DNA from: Haliotis rufescens
Lineage: Eukaryota
Direction of reading: 5' to 3'
Length of the DNA stretch: 64,000 bases
Assembly: GCF_023055435.1 (NCBI RefSeq)
Contig: NW_025963791.1
Coordinates: 37,572,001 to 37,636,000, forward strand
The position numbers were made by a program, and so were the translations under genes. Shown piece by piece: positions 37,301-50,300 of the stretch (positions are counted from its first letter, which is position 1; each line of letters starts with the position of its first letter). The notes under the pieces are model-generated. The model was not told the DNA's origin, ran no database searches, and was given only the letters and a program-made list of their open reading frames with translations.

Positions 37301-37850
37301 GTTTTATTTTAACTGTACACAAAACACAAAGTTTTCTTAAAACGCTGGCTTTTGAAATTTTAACTTAACAGAAAACACTCAGACCACGAAAATGAACAGC
37401 TCAGAGGTGGCCGTAAAACCTAAAAAGGATGACATCTCCATTGGAGAACACAAATAGAAATGGTAGATCCTGAATCCGTGATATTATCCCCGTCGTGTTT
37501 TTCGCTAGTAGCACAAAATCACTTTTTAATTGATCGCCAAACTCGAATGTCCACGGGCTGCGTCAGACTCGGTTGCTAAAAACACTGACGACATATGTTT
37601 TATGACGACGTGCTGAGCAGTTCCTCTTCGGTGTGGACCGGCCTTGAAAAAAAACAACATTTCCAGCAAAGATTGATTTCATAACAGTGATTGAGCATGA
37701 CATGCATCAACCAAGTCGGGCGAGCCTGACCACCCGATCTCGTTGGTCGCCTTTTACAACAAGCATGGGTTGCTGAAAACAAATTCTAACCCGGATCTTC
37801 ATGGGTGAAAAGGGGCCGGTAATTTAAACATGTACATACCTGTACAGAGG
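34357..37850. repeat. Right arm of large inverted duplication 1
   Basis: Reverse complement of 28745-31257, with extra segments at about 35545-35750, 35954-36105, 36260-36915 and 37065-37150. Confidence 0.9.
34742..35049 (+). mobile_element. tRNA-derived SINE, family D (mirror copy)
   Basis: Near-identical reverse complement of 30542-30850. Confidence 0.75.
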
Positions 37851-37869
37851 GCAATTCTTGATTTAAACA

Positions 37870-38062
37870 AACGATTGCATTAAAACACACTGGAAACAAG
37901 CGATTACAGTAAAACACGCTGGAAACAACTGGTTACAGAAAAACACGCTGGAAACAACCGATTACAGTAAAACACGCTGGAAACGACCGATTGCAGTAAA
38001 GCACGCTGGAAACAACCGATTACAGTAAAACACGCTGGAAACGACCGATTACAGTAAAGCAC
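37870..38062. repeat. 29-bp minisatellite (short inverted copy of 50165-51285)
   Basis: Unit ATTACAGTAAAACACGCTGGAAACAACCG. Confidence 0.9.
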
Positions 38063-38595
38063 GCTTGCTTCAAAACAACGGTGGGTGAGATATCGCATTA
38101 AAAACCCTGAACGAAACATGACATAAAAACATGCTGGATGTAATAATGTAATCAATAGATTCAATGTGCTTCCTGCCTTATTTTGTCTTGGACTTTAGAA
38201 ACTGTCAATGACGAATAACATGAAACATTATAATTTTTTACCTTTTTTATATTAAAAATTGGAACTTGTTTTGTGTGTATCATTTTTGCACAGAGGTCAT
38301 GTACGATAACTGAAACCATTAGACTTCCATGTTCGCCAGAATGCCAGACTATCATTGTATAATAATGCGAATCTCTTGTTTGTGTCAAGAAAATAATCTG
38401 TTCAACGACCAATTATCCGTTTGTTGATGGTACTGCATTTTAAGGGTTCATTGATACAGGACCATGGCATAGTTTTTTTTCTAAAACATACACTAATTTC
38501 ATCATGTTTTCTAACACGTTTCTTACACCAAAGGTTGCTTTGAAGTATCGAGGTGTGTTCGTGTGTGGAGGATCTCTGCTGAAAGGTTCCTCAAA

Positions 38596-39680
38596 CAAGT
38601 GGTATATACTTACAGGGGCTCACTGTCTCCAGTAAGTAAAGTAACCTCTAGCAAGTGGTACATTGTATTTACTCACGGGGGCTCACTGCCTCCAGTAAGT
38701 AAAGTAACCTCTAGCAAGTGGTACATTGAATATACTCACGGGGGCTCACTGTTTGCAGTAAGTAACGTTACGTCTGGCAAGTGGTACATTGAATATACTC
38801 ATGGGGACTCCCTGTCTGAAGTGAGGTAGGTAACCTTTAGCATGAGGTACATTGAATATACTCACAGAGGCCCACTGTCTGCAGTACTTAACGTTACATC
38901 TATACCTGTGGTACATTGAATATGCCACGGCGGCTCACTGTCTTCAGTAAGTATGGTCTAGCAAGTGTTACATTGTATATACTCACAGCGGCTAACTGTC
39001 TGCAGTAAGTATGGTCCAGCAGGTAGTACATTGTATATACTCATAGGGGCTAACTGTCTCCAGTAAGTATGGTCAAGCAAGTGGTACACTGTATATACTC
39101 ACGGGGGATCATTGTCTGTCGTAAGCATGGTCACCACTAGCAAGTGGAACATTGTATATACTCACCGGGGATCACTGTCTGTTGTAAGTATGGTCACCAC
39201 CAGCAAGTGGTACATTGTATATACTCACCTGGGATCACTGTCTGTTGTAAGTATGGTCACCTCTAGCAAGTGGTACATTGTATATACTCATAGGGGCTAA
39301 CTGTCTGCAGTAAGTATGGTCAAGCAAGTGGTACACTGTATATATTCACGGGGGATCATTTCTGTTGTAAGTATGGTCACCACTAACAAGTGGTACATTG
39401 TATATACTCACCGGGGATTATTGTCTGTTGTAAGTATTGTCACCACCAGCAAGTGGTACATTGTATATACTCACCGGGGATCACTGTCTGTTGTAAGTAT
39501 TGTCACCACCAGCAAGTGGTACATTGTATATACTCACCGGGGCTCACTGTCTGCAGTAAGTATGGTCTAGCAAGTGGTACACTGTATATACTCACAGGGG
39601 CTAACTGTCTGCAGTAAGTATGGTAACCTCTAGCAAGTGGTACATTGTATATACTCAGGGGGGATCACTGTGTTCCGTAA
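38596..39680. repeat. ~63-bp minisatellite, ~17 more diverged units
   Basis: Unit CAAGTGGTACATTGTATATACTCACGGGGGCTCACTGTCTNCAGTAAGTA.., with a 21-aa periodicity in the ORF track. Confidence 0.92.
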
Positions 39681-42228
39681 ACAATGATACTTCTAACAAG
39701 TGGTGAATTCTATAAATTGTATGTATCCCCAAGGACTGGAATAAGGAACGAAACGTTTAACAAATGTGCAGGGAGGTTTGAGGATAGTATTTGTTTTCTC
39801 CGAGAACGGTTGCCCCAAAACATGCTCTATGTTCCAGTGGATAAGTATCATCCGATTTGGAAGTCGTCCTTGGTGCTCATGACATGTCCACGGTTACTAG
39901 CGTGTAAAGGAAACAAAACAACGATTCATGATAAGTGAAGGTGCCTACATTGCTGACTAAATGGTGTGTGACATAATTTTCAGAACTGCTTTTCAGTTTG
40001 AAAGTTAATTCTGTTTTAGCACCTTTGCAGTAATGTTTCGGTTGGAACATTCAAAAGATGCCTCTACGGCACAACAGGGACATGCCCCACTTCTGTATTA
40101 TATCATTATGCCTCAAAGTGAGATTGACCAATCAGAGATCAGAACTACGAACCCCATATGAGCTTGTGTACTGTCAGTAAAAATCCAAGATGGTTGTGCC
40201 TGACTTAATATGAGGCCGAATACCGTCAGTTACAGCCATTTTTGATTTTCCAACACCAACCTCACTTATTACACATGAAGATTCTGGTACACTGTTTTGT
40301 TTTTATATCATCAATCGCCATGAGCATTATTTTTTGAAGAAACCACGTTCGTGTCTTTATTTATAAAGAATATACAAAACAAAGGCTCAAAGCGCAGGTC
40401 TCTGATTTACAAATAACAACGTCATTGAACATAATATAGGATGACGTCACAAACAAGAAACGTGACGCCAATGACGTCACATAGCAATAGAATAGATAGC
40501 AGCCCGTCGTAAGGGAAATCGGACTGCTTTCAAATTTCAGTGGACCACAGATTTCTGATAACGAGCGGGCATTTTTTTATATAATTCTATCCATTTTAGG
40601 TATAACATTTGTTTAAACGCTCACATTTAGTGCATTATATATTCCATGGTTAACGTTTGTGTTTACATTAAAGCGTTGTATCGGAAACATATGTACTGTC
40701 ATTTATACAGGTTGTAAGTGTTAAGTTTTCAATTTGACATGACATGTGCGGTAAAGATGCCAAATAGTGTAAAGTTTTAGGCATATTAAATTCGTTATGG
40801 TGTCTGTTTTTGCCGTGTACGGTGTCAAATTAGGTTAGCAGAAAAATATTGGGCTCCGATGCCATTCTCTATTTTGATCATATGTCCCCGTGTTTCCCTT
40901 TTAGGTGAACAAATGACTTGCCTTTGCATGTGTCTGTGACAGGTGCCACCACATTTTCGCAAACACCTGGTATCATTAATATTTGATAGTGATAGTGATA
41001 GAGTCCAAATCGCACAATCGACTCTGCTTTTAACAGATATTTCTTATGAATGTGGAAAGGGTTTTTGTCGCTTGTATCTTGTTCATATTACAATAGTTAA
41101 TCTATCGTGGCATGACCTTAGTGATATGGAAGCATCTGCAGAGAGTGCCCCATCAGATATGCTACAAGTAGTGGAGAAGCCAGTCATGTCTCAGCAAACA
41201 TGTGAAAGTATCTACGGTACTGACTATCACAACTCGTCCATGCTGTGTGCAGGCTACCCACAAGGAGGGAAGGATTCTTGCAAGGTTTGTGACATAGCAC
41301 CACATTAAAATATTTTAGGGTCTCATGTAGCTTCAATCATGGTTCGTGTCAACTCTGCAAAGTACCATTTGGCCCCATAAAAATATTTAGATTTCCAAAA
41401 ATTATAAAATCTAATTTCACAATTTAGATCACATAAAGACAAGAAACACGAACAAGTTAATGGTCATCAGGATGGGTTACATTCAGCTGCAAATTATTAA
41501 TTCACATATTCACAATATTTTATGGAGACGGTTTTTTTTATCAAGATGTAGAAAAATTAAAGAAGGTATAGCCTTTTGGTTTTTTTTATTACATTTTATT
41601 ACATTGACACCCACTTCGATGTCCCACCTCATTTGCTATAGACCGCGTTTGTATATTTTGACATACGGATAGGCTAGTATGTAATCAATACGTTAGACTG
41701 AAACACCCAGTTTTAGGTTTACAATAACAATACGTCAATGAACCCATTGATATTCAGAATATCGTCATTGTCGAATGTCTTGAAAGAGGCCTGTCTAAGT
41801 TCTTCAATTCCGAAAAGTGTTGCAAGCTGGCAGGAATCGGTATTTCCAAAAAGATATCAAAACCGCACTTGACGAGTAGAGTAGAAACAGGCCTGGTTGA
41901 AACGCCCTCTTGACGCTTGTAAAGGTACAGTCAGTGGTCAGAAACTGTCCCATCCAGGAACTTCTAGAACGATCAAACCTGCACACCACAAGGGCAGATA
42001 ACTCTAATTCTCGTACAAACCATTCTGGGAATCTCAATTCATTGCTATTGACTACGTTTCAAATATGGCCACAACAGCACTTTACCAGTAATTCAATCAT
42101 ATTGCTGCGGCTGACAATTTCTACAACTATTTACGACAGTTTCTACCGCCACTAAAATGACTTACACATAACAATATGTCTTCTGTGTGTGTGCATCCAA
42201 TCAGTTCATCCCACAAACTATAGAAATA

Positions 42229-43723
42229 TACTAGCCACATTAAGAAACTGTGCACGGAGAAATATATGAAATATAGGTTTGAACACAGCAATTATTGGAG
42301 ACATTCAAACGCTCATGCACGTGCCATGCGATATGACGTCATTGATGGGGGCCTATGGACGTGCAATGTGTTACTGCACGTGCAACCTGTGCAGCTGTAC
42401 ACAGCATGTGCAACTCAAAATTCGCTGTCACTTTGGAAAGCATGATCTGTGGTCATTCAAAAATTCAAAACTTCTCAGGCGCAGACACAAGCATATCACA
42501 AGCTAATCATGCCAAGATTGACAGCTGCACAGCGTCATGAAGCCATTGGAATGTTTCGAGCGGGAATGGGGCAACAACAGGTGGCAACACATTTCCAATG
42601 CCATCGTAACACAATATCGGCATTGGTGAGGCGTTATCAGAACACAAATGACGTTGCCGACCACCCACGTTCAGGACGTCCCCGAGTAACGACGCCAAGA
42701 CAGGACAGATGGATTCGAGTTACACATCTCCGACACAGGTTCCAAACGGCAGTAACGACGTCCCAGACGATTCCTTGACTGCGCTCTATCCATCCCAACA
42801 CTGTCAGAAATCGTTTACGTCAGTACGGGATTCGACCACGACGCCCTGCCATACGTCCCATCCTGACACACCGTCATCGAGTCAACCGTCTAAGATGGTG
42901 TCGAAATCATGTTCGCCAACCTCGAATATGGTGGAGGAATGTTGTCTTTACTGATGAATCGAGGTTCAACATTTCCCACAGTGACGGGCGCCAACGTTTC
43001 TACCGGCGTTTGGGAGAACGTTATGCACGCAACTGTATTGTGGAGAGGAATCGTTTTGGAGGTGGCTCTGTGATGATTTGGGGTGGGATAACAGCACGGC
43101 ACCGAACCCCTTTGGTGGTTGTTCAGGGCAATCTCACCGGTGTTGGCTACAGAGATCAGATTCTGAGGTCTGTGGTCATTCCTTTCCTGCAACGTCATGG
43201 CCCGGGATTGACATTTCAACAGGACAACGCTCGTCCTCACACGGCTAGGGTCGCAATTGATTTCCTTCACCATAACAATGTCATGTTACTGCCATGGCCT
43301 GCAATTTCTCCAGATCTCTCCCCAATAGAGCATGTGTGGGATGAAATGGAGCGCCGTCTGCGTCGTCTTCCACATCCTCCAGATAACGTCCGTGACTTGG
43401 CACAGGATTTGAGGAGGATATGGCAGGCCATTCCCCAGGCCTTCCATGCCAATTTGGTGGACTCCATGCGTCGCCGATGCACTGCTGTGATTCACGCACA
43501 GGGTGGTCATACCCGTTATTGGCGTTGTGACTTTGTCGTATGACCCCCTACTCCATTTTGATCTTCTGACGTCATCGTAACAGATGTTGTTCAGGTCCCG
43601 TTGACATTTTGTTATGGTCCGATCATTCAGCTGCTACAGCGTCTGCATCATTTTGTTCTTGCTGTGTTGTATTTTAATCCAGAATATATTTTCTCCGTGC
43701 ACAGTTTCTTTATGTGGCTAGTA
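42229..43723 (+). mobile_element. Full-length Tc1-like (DD34E) transposon, one nonsense mutation
   Basis: TIRs of ~37 bp (TACTAGCCACATTAAGAAACTGTGCACGGAGAAA) flanked by TA. Transposase 42509-43543 is in a single frame with FTDESRF, QQDNARPH and SPDLSPIE. One TGA at 42776-42778. Confidence 0.93.
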
Positions 43724-44349
43724 TATATGAATTATATACATAGCTAACAATACATCTAAGGGTAACCGTGCATACTTAGGAGGTTGCCTATTAAGGACAA
43801 TTGTGATAAGAAGGTGTATTATTTTAACACAAATGGTTGTATTTTTAACGATTTATCATAATTTTGCTTAGCAACATCTGAAGAAGGTACACCATTTTAA
43901 TGGTAAGAATGTTAACTCAGTGGGATGCCTGGGATGGTGAAATATAAATTAAAAGATGTTATGTTTGTTGTTTAACACCACACTCGGCAATATTCGAGCC
44001 ACAGAAACAGATAATGGGTGGTAAGGTTTCGAATGAATAGATCGACCCCTTTGACAGGATAGAATGGCAGATGTTCATGATGGAAAATAGATTGACTGTT
44101 TTGTTACATATATTTAAATTAATGTATTCCATTGAATTCCCCTATGAGAATTAACATAACAATGTTTTATTACATTTCAGCTCAAGCTGTCAGCAGCTGC
44201 AATGTCAACACGACTCACTTCTCATCAGCACAAATCCATGGGCTTGGTTTTTCTCATATATGCAAATACTCTCTCTTTTAGTTTATCTAACCAGTATCTT
44301 ACTTGATTTTGCAAAATAACAAATCTAACCAATGGGCAGTTTCCGATAG

Positions 44350-44355
44350 TTTATT
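44350..44355 (-). terminator. Putative polyadenylation signal AATAAA of protease B
   Basis: AATAAA on the minus strand about 24 nt after the TAA stop. Confidence 0.45.
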
Positions 44356-44378
44356 ACAACTCAAATACCAGTTTGTCT

Positions 44379-47300
44379 TTATGCATTTATTGTCTTCTCA
44401 ACCCACTGCCTGGTACTCAGGGTACTGGCGTAAACAGCTGGTGAATTTGGCTCTGCACAGCCAAAGCCCCAGCTGACGGTACCTGCAGGGATGGAAATTA
44501 GTTACATGTACTTTTACTTCTGAAATTTATGTACAAACATAGACATGTTCAACAATGAATAATCGCGATATGGATGCAATACTGCCGATGCGATGTAAAA
44601 TTTTAACTCACTCACTCAACAATGAATACAGCTTGCGTTGTAGCATTGTAGTCGTACTATTCGACATTAACGTTGGGATGTTCACATTCTACTCATGTTT
44701 GAAACCCGGTTCAAATATACCGCACATCCTTGAATAAGCGCCAGTTAATATATTTCGGAAGGCCCGTATCCCCAGCGTTTGTGTTTTAGCAAAGAGGAGT
44801 CATAATTATCTGACCGGACTGAAAGCATATGTCGTGGTTCGTTATCCTTCGTCCGTCCGTCGTTAACAGTTTTGGTAGCAGCTTATTCAAGGATGTAAGG
44901 TAGGGTAAACACTCTCCTTCTGTCTTCGCGAGGACATGCAGTACTTTAGGACTCGCTGTAAGATGAACACAGATGATGACACTGGAAGCAGTTTTAGAAA
45001 GAATTTAAATATGTGACCATGAGAATGAATGTCAAGAAACATACCGATAATTTCCATACGGCTGTTCTGGTAGCACATTAACGGCCCTCCGCTATCTAAC
45101 TGTAAACAGACATTTAAACAAACTGCACATTGAATGGAAATGGACAGCCATGAAAAGGAACGTTAAGTTCCGAGGAACACGTCCAAGGATAAGCTGGTCA
45201 GGATAATAATCTCACAGGAACGAAAGAGAAGTTTCAATCCATCCGATTCTTTGCGGATACACGACGAAAATCCATCAGGGTATCCTTTAATGGATAGATA
45301 CCCTCCTGGATAGCCTATCCGTATGTAAAAATATACATACGCGGTCTAATGCAAAAGAGGTGGGACATCGAAGTAGGTGTCTATGTAATAAAATGTAATA
45401 AAACCCAAAATAGGCTATACCTTCTTGAATTTTTCTACATCTTGATAAAGAAAACCGTCTCTATAATATATTGTGAATATGTGAATTAATAAATTGCAGT
45501 TAAACGTAACCCATCCTGATGACCAGCAACTTGTTCGTGTTTCTTGCCTTTATGTGATCTAAATTGTGAAATTAGATTTTTTAATTTTTGGAAACATAAA
45601 TTTAAATATAATTATTTTTATTGTTGAGAAATACTTTTTAGAAGGCCAAATGGCACTCTGTTTTTGCAGAGTTGACACGAACCATGATTGAAGCTACATG
45701 AGACCTTAGAATATTTTAGTGTGGTGCTATTTCACAAACCTTGCAAGAATCCTTCCCTCCTTGTGGGTAGCCTGCACACAGCATGGACGAGTTGTGATAG
45801 TCAGTACCGTAGATACTTTCACATGTTTGCTGAGACATGACTGGCTTCTCCACTACTTGTAGCATATCTGATGGGGCACTTTCTGCAAACACAACAACGA
45901 CCAATTTTCAAAATGTCAAAACTTTTACAATAAATAGTTAAGTTACTGTATTAAATTATAGCACTATGATATTCTGCGATTGTTATTCTACTCAAGTGAA
46001 GTTAAAGAACATAAAGCAAGATGCTTTCATATCATTAGGGTCATGCCATGATAGATTAACTATTGTAATAAGAACAAGATACAAGCGACAAAAACCCTTT
46101 CCACATTCATAAGAAATATCTGTTAAAAGCAGAGTCGATTGTGCGATTTGGACTCTATCACTATCAAATATAAATGATACCAGGTGTTTGCGAAAATGTG
46201 GTGGCACCTGTCACAGACACATGCAAAGGCAAGTCATTTGTTCACCTAAAAGGGAAACACGGGGACATATGATCAAAATAGAGAATGGCATCGGAGCCCA
46301 ATATTTTTCTGCTAACCTAATTTGACACCGTACACGGCAACAACAGACACCATAACGAAGTTATTATGCCGAAAACTATATTATGTACAAATCACGTTGC
46401 TATTTGTAAATCAGTGACCTCCGCCGTGAGCCTTTCTTCTGTATAATTTTAATAAAATAAAGTTACGAACGTGGTTTCTTTAAAAATTAATGCCCATGGC
46501 GATTGATGATATCATCGAAACAAAACAGTTTACCAGAATCTTCATGTGTAATAAGTTAGGTTGGTGTTGGAAAATCAAAAATGGCTGTAACTGACGGTAT
46601 ACGGTCTCATATTAAGTCAGGCACAACCATCTTGGATTTTTATTGACAGTACACAAGCTCATATTGGGTTCGTAGTTCTGATCTCTGATTGGTCAATCTC
46701 AAGCATAATGATATAATACAGAAGTGGAGCATGTCCCTGTTGTGCCGTAGAGACTTCTTTTGAATGTTCCAACCGGAACATTACTGCAAAGGTGCTAAAA
46801 CAGAATTAACTTACGAACTGAAAAGCAGTTCTGAGAATTATGTCACAAACCATTTAGTCAGCAATTTAAGCACCTTATCTTATCATGAATCGTTGTTTTG
46901 TTTCCTTTACACGCTAGTAACCGTACCTACGGATGTTGTACCCCATCCAATTACATAGCATATGGCACCAGACACGGGCTTGCTTGCAGCAACACAGCCA
47001 AAGTTGATTTCTGGTCGCTGTATTTGAGGAGGATATGCCAGTTCCATCAAACCTGTGTCGTATTCCAACGTGATGGGGTTGAATAAGGGATGATTCATTG
47101 TTTGCTTAATGGCGATGGTCTCGGATGAAGGTTCATTTATGGACATGTCATGAGCACCAAGGACGACTTCCAGATCGGATGATACTAATCCACTGGAACA
47201 TAGAGCATGTTTTCGGGCAACCATTCTCAGAGAAAACAAATACTATCCTCAAACCTCCCTGCACGTTTGTTAAACGATTCGTTCCTTATTCCAGTCTTAG

Positions 47301-50300
47301 GGGATACATAAAATTTATACAGTTTACCACTTGTTAGAAGTATCATTGTTTACGGAACACAGTGATCCCCCTGAGTAAATACAATGTACCACTTGCGCGA
47401 GGTTACTTTACTTACTGGAGACAGTGATCCCCCTGAGTATATACAATGTACCACTTGCTAGAGTTTACTTTACTTACTGCACACAGTTAGCCCCCGGGAG
47501 TATATACAATGTACTACTTGCGAGAGTTTACTTTACTTACTGGAGACAGTGATCCCCCGTGAGTAAATACAATGTACCACTTGCTAGAGGTTACTTTACT
47601 TACTGGAGACAGTGAGCCCCCGTGAGTAAATACAATGTACCGCTTGCTAGAGGTTACTTTACTTACTGGAGACAGTGAGCCCCCGTGAGTAAATACAATG
47701 TACCACTTGCTAGAGGCTACTTTACTTACTGGAGACAGTGAACCCCCGTGAGTAAATACAATGTACTACTTGCCAGAGGTTACGTTACTTACTGCAGACA
47801 GTGAGTTAAGTGAGTAAATACAATGTTCCACTTGCTAGACTTTACTTTACTTACTGCACACAGTGAGCCCCCGTGAGTATATACAATGTACCACTTGCTA
47901 GAGTTTACTTTACTTACTGGAGACAGTGAACCCCCGTGAGTAAATACAATGTACCACTTGCTAGAGTTTACTTTACTTACTGGAGACAGTGAGCCCCCTG
48001 AGTAAATACAATGTACCACTTGCTAGAGTTTACTTGACTTACTGAACACAGTGATCACCCGTGAGTAAATACAATGTACTACTTGCTAGAGTTTACTTTA
48101 CTTACTGGAGACAGTGAGCCCCCTGAGTAAATACAATGTACCACTTGCTAGAGGTTACTTTACTTACTGCAGACAGTGAACCCCCGTGAGTAAATACAAT
48201 GTACCACTTGCTAGAGTTTACTTTACTTACTGGAGACAGTGAGCCCCCTGAGTAAATACAATGTACCACTTGCTAGAGTTTACTTGACTTACTGAACACA
48301 GTGATCACCCGTGAGTAAATACAATGTACTACTTGCTAGAGTTTACTTTACTTACTGGAGACAGTGATCACCCGTGAGTAAATACAATGTACTACTTGCT
48401 AGAGGTTACTTTACTTACTGCACACAGTGATCCCCCTGAGTATATACAATGTACCACTTGCTAGAGTTTACTTTACTTACTGGAGACAGTGAGCCCCCGT
48501 GAGTAAATACAATGTACCACTTGCTAGAGGTTACTTTACCTTCTGCACACAGTGATCCCCCGTGAGTAAATACAATGTACTACTTGCCACAGGTTACTTT
48601 ACTTACTGGAGACAGTGAGCCCCCGTGAGTAAATACAATGTACCACTTGCTAGAGGCTACTTTACTTACTGCACACAGTGATCCCCCTGAGTAAATACAA
48701 TGTACTACTTGCCACAGGTTACTTTACTTACTGCACACAGTGATCCCCCTGAGTATATACAATGTACCACTTGCTAGAGGTTACTTTACTTACTGGAGAC
48801 AGTGATCCCCCTGAGTAAATACAATGTACCACTTGCTAGAGGTTACTTTACTTACTGGAGACAGTGATCCCCCTGAGTAAATACAATGTACCACTTGCTA
48901 GTGGTTACTTTTCTTGCTGCAGACAGTGAGCCCCCGTGAGTATATACAATGTACCACTTGCTAGAGGTTCTTTACTTACTGGAGACAGTGAGTCCCCGTG
49001 AGTATATACAATGTACCACTTGCTAGAGGTTACTTTACCTTCTGCACACAGTGATCCCCCGTGAGTAAATACAATGTACTACTTGCCACAGGTTACTTTA
49101 CTTACTGGAGACAGTGAGCCCCCGTGAGTAAATACAATGTACCACTTGCTAGAGGCTACTTTACTTACTGCACACAGTGATCCCCCTGAGTATATACAAT
49201 GTACCACTTGCTAGAGGTTACTTTACTTACTGCACACAGTGATCCCCCTGAGTATATACAATGTACCACTTGCTAGAGGTTACTTTACTTACTGGAGACA
49301 GTGATCCCCCTGAGTAAATACAATGTACCACTTGCTAGAGGTTACTTTACTTACTGGAGACAGTGATCCCCCTGAGTAAATACAATGTACCACTTGCTAG
49401 TGGTTACTTTTCTTGCTGCAGACAGTGAGCCCCCGTGAGTATATACAATGTACCACTTGCTAGAGGTTCTTTACTTACTGGAGACAGTGAGTCCCCGTGA
49501 GTATATACAATGTACCACTTGCTAGAGGTTACTTTACTTACTGCAGACAGTGAGCCCCCGTGAGAATATACAATGTACCACTTTCTAGAGGTTCTTTACT
49601 TACTGGAGACAGTGAGCCCCTGTAAGGATATACCACTTGTTAGAGGAACCTTTCAGCAGAGATCCTCCACACACGAACACACCTCGATACTTCAAAGCAA
49701 CCTTTGGTGTAAGAAACGTGTTAGAAAACATGATGAAATTAGTGTATGTTTTAGAAAACACCTATGCCATAGTCCTGTATCCATGAACCCTTAAATTGCA
49801 GATTACCATTAACAAACGGATAATTGGTTGTTGAACAGATTCTTTTCTTGACACAAACGAAAGTTTCGCATTATTATATAATAATAGTCTGGCATTCTGG
49901 CGAACATGGAAGTCTAATGGTTTCAGTTATCGTACATGACCTCTGTGCAAAAATGATACAGACAAAACAAGTTCCATTTTAATAAAAAAGGTAAAGACTT
50001 ATAATGTTTAATATTATTCGTCATTGACGGTTTCTAAAGTCCAAGACAAAATAAGGCAGGAAGCACATTTAATCTACCGATTAAATTTTTACATCCAGCA
50101 TGTTTTTATATTATGTTTTGTTCAGGGTTATTAATGCGATATCTCTTCCACCGTTGTTTTAAAGCAGTGTCGTTTCCAGAGTGTTTTACTGTAATCGGTT
50201 GTTTCCAGTGTGTTTTACTGTAATCGGTTGTTTCCAGCGTGTTTTAATGCAGTGTCGTTTCCAGCGTGTGTTACTGTAATCGGTTGTTTCCAGTGTGTTT

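Larger units (their letters stand above)
37865..41677 (+). pseudogene. Inverted partial duplicate of protease B (exons 3-5 with introns)
   Basis: Exon 3 copy at 38534-38631 is intact. Exon 4 copy from 39838 has TTA>TAA and a deletion removing the catalytic Asp and the donor. Exon 5 copy is at 41142-41284. The region is the reverse complement of about 45310-50300. Confidence 0.85.

Noticed and set aside
38563-39617. ORFs with a 21-aa repeat (SKWYIVYTHRGSLSVVS..)
   Set aside because: By-product of a 63-bp intronic repeat, repeatedly broken by stops and indels.
41740-42160. Possible retroelement relic on the minus strand
   Set aside because: Only a weak FLD-like motif, not enough to classify.
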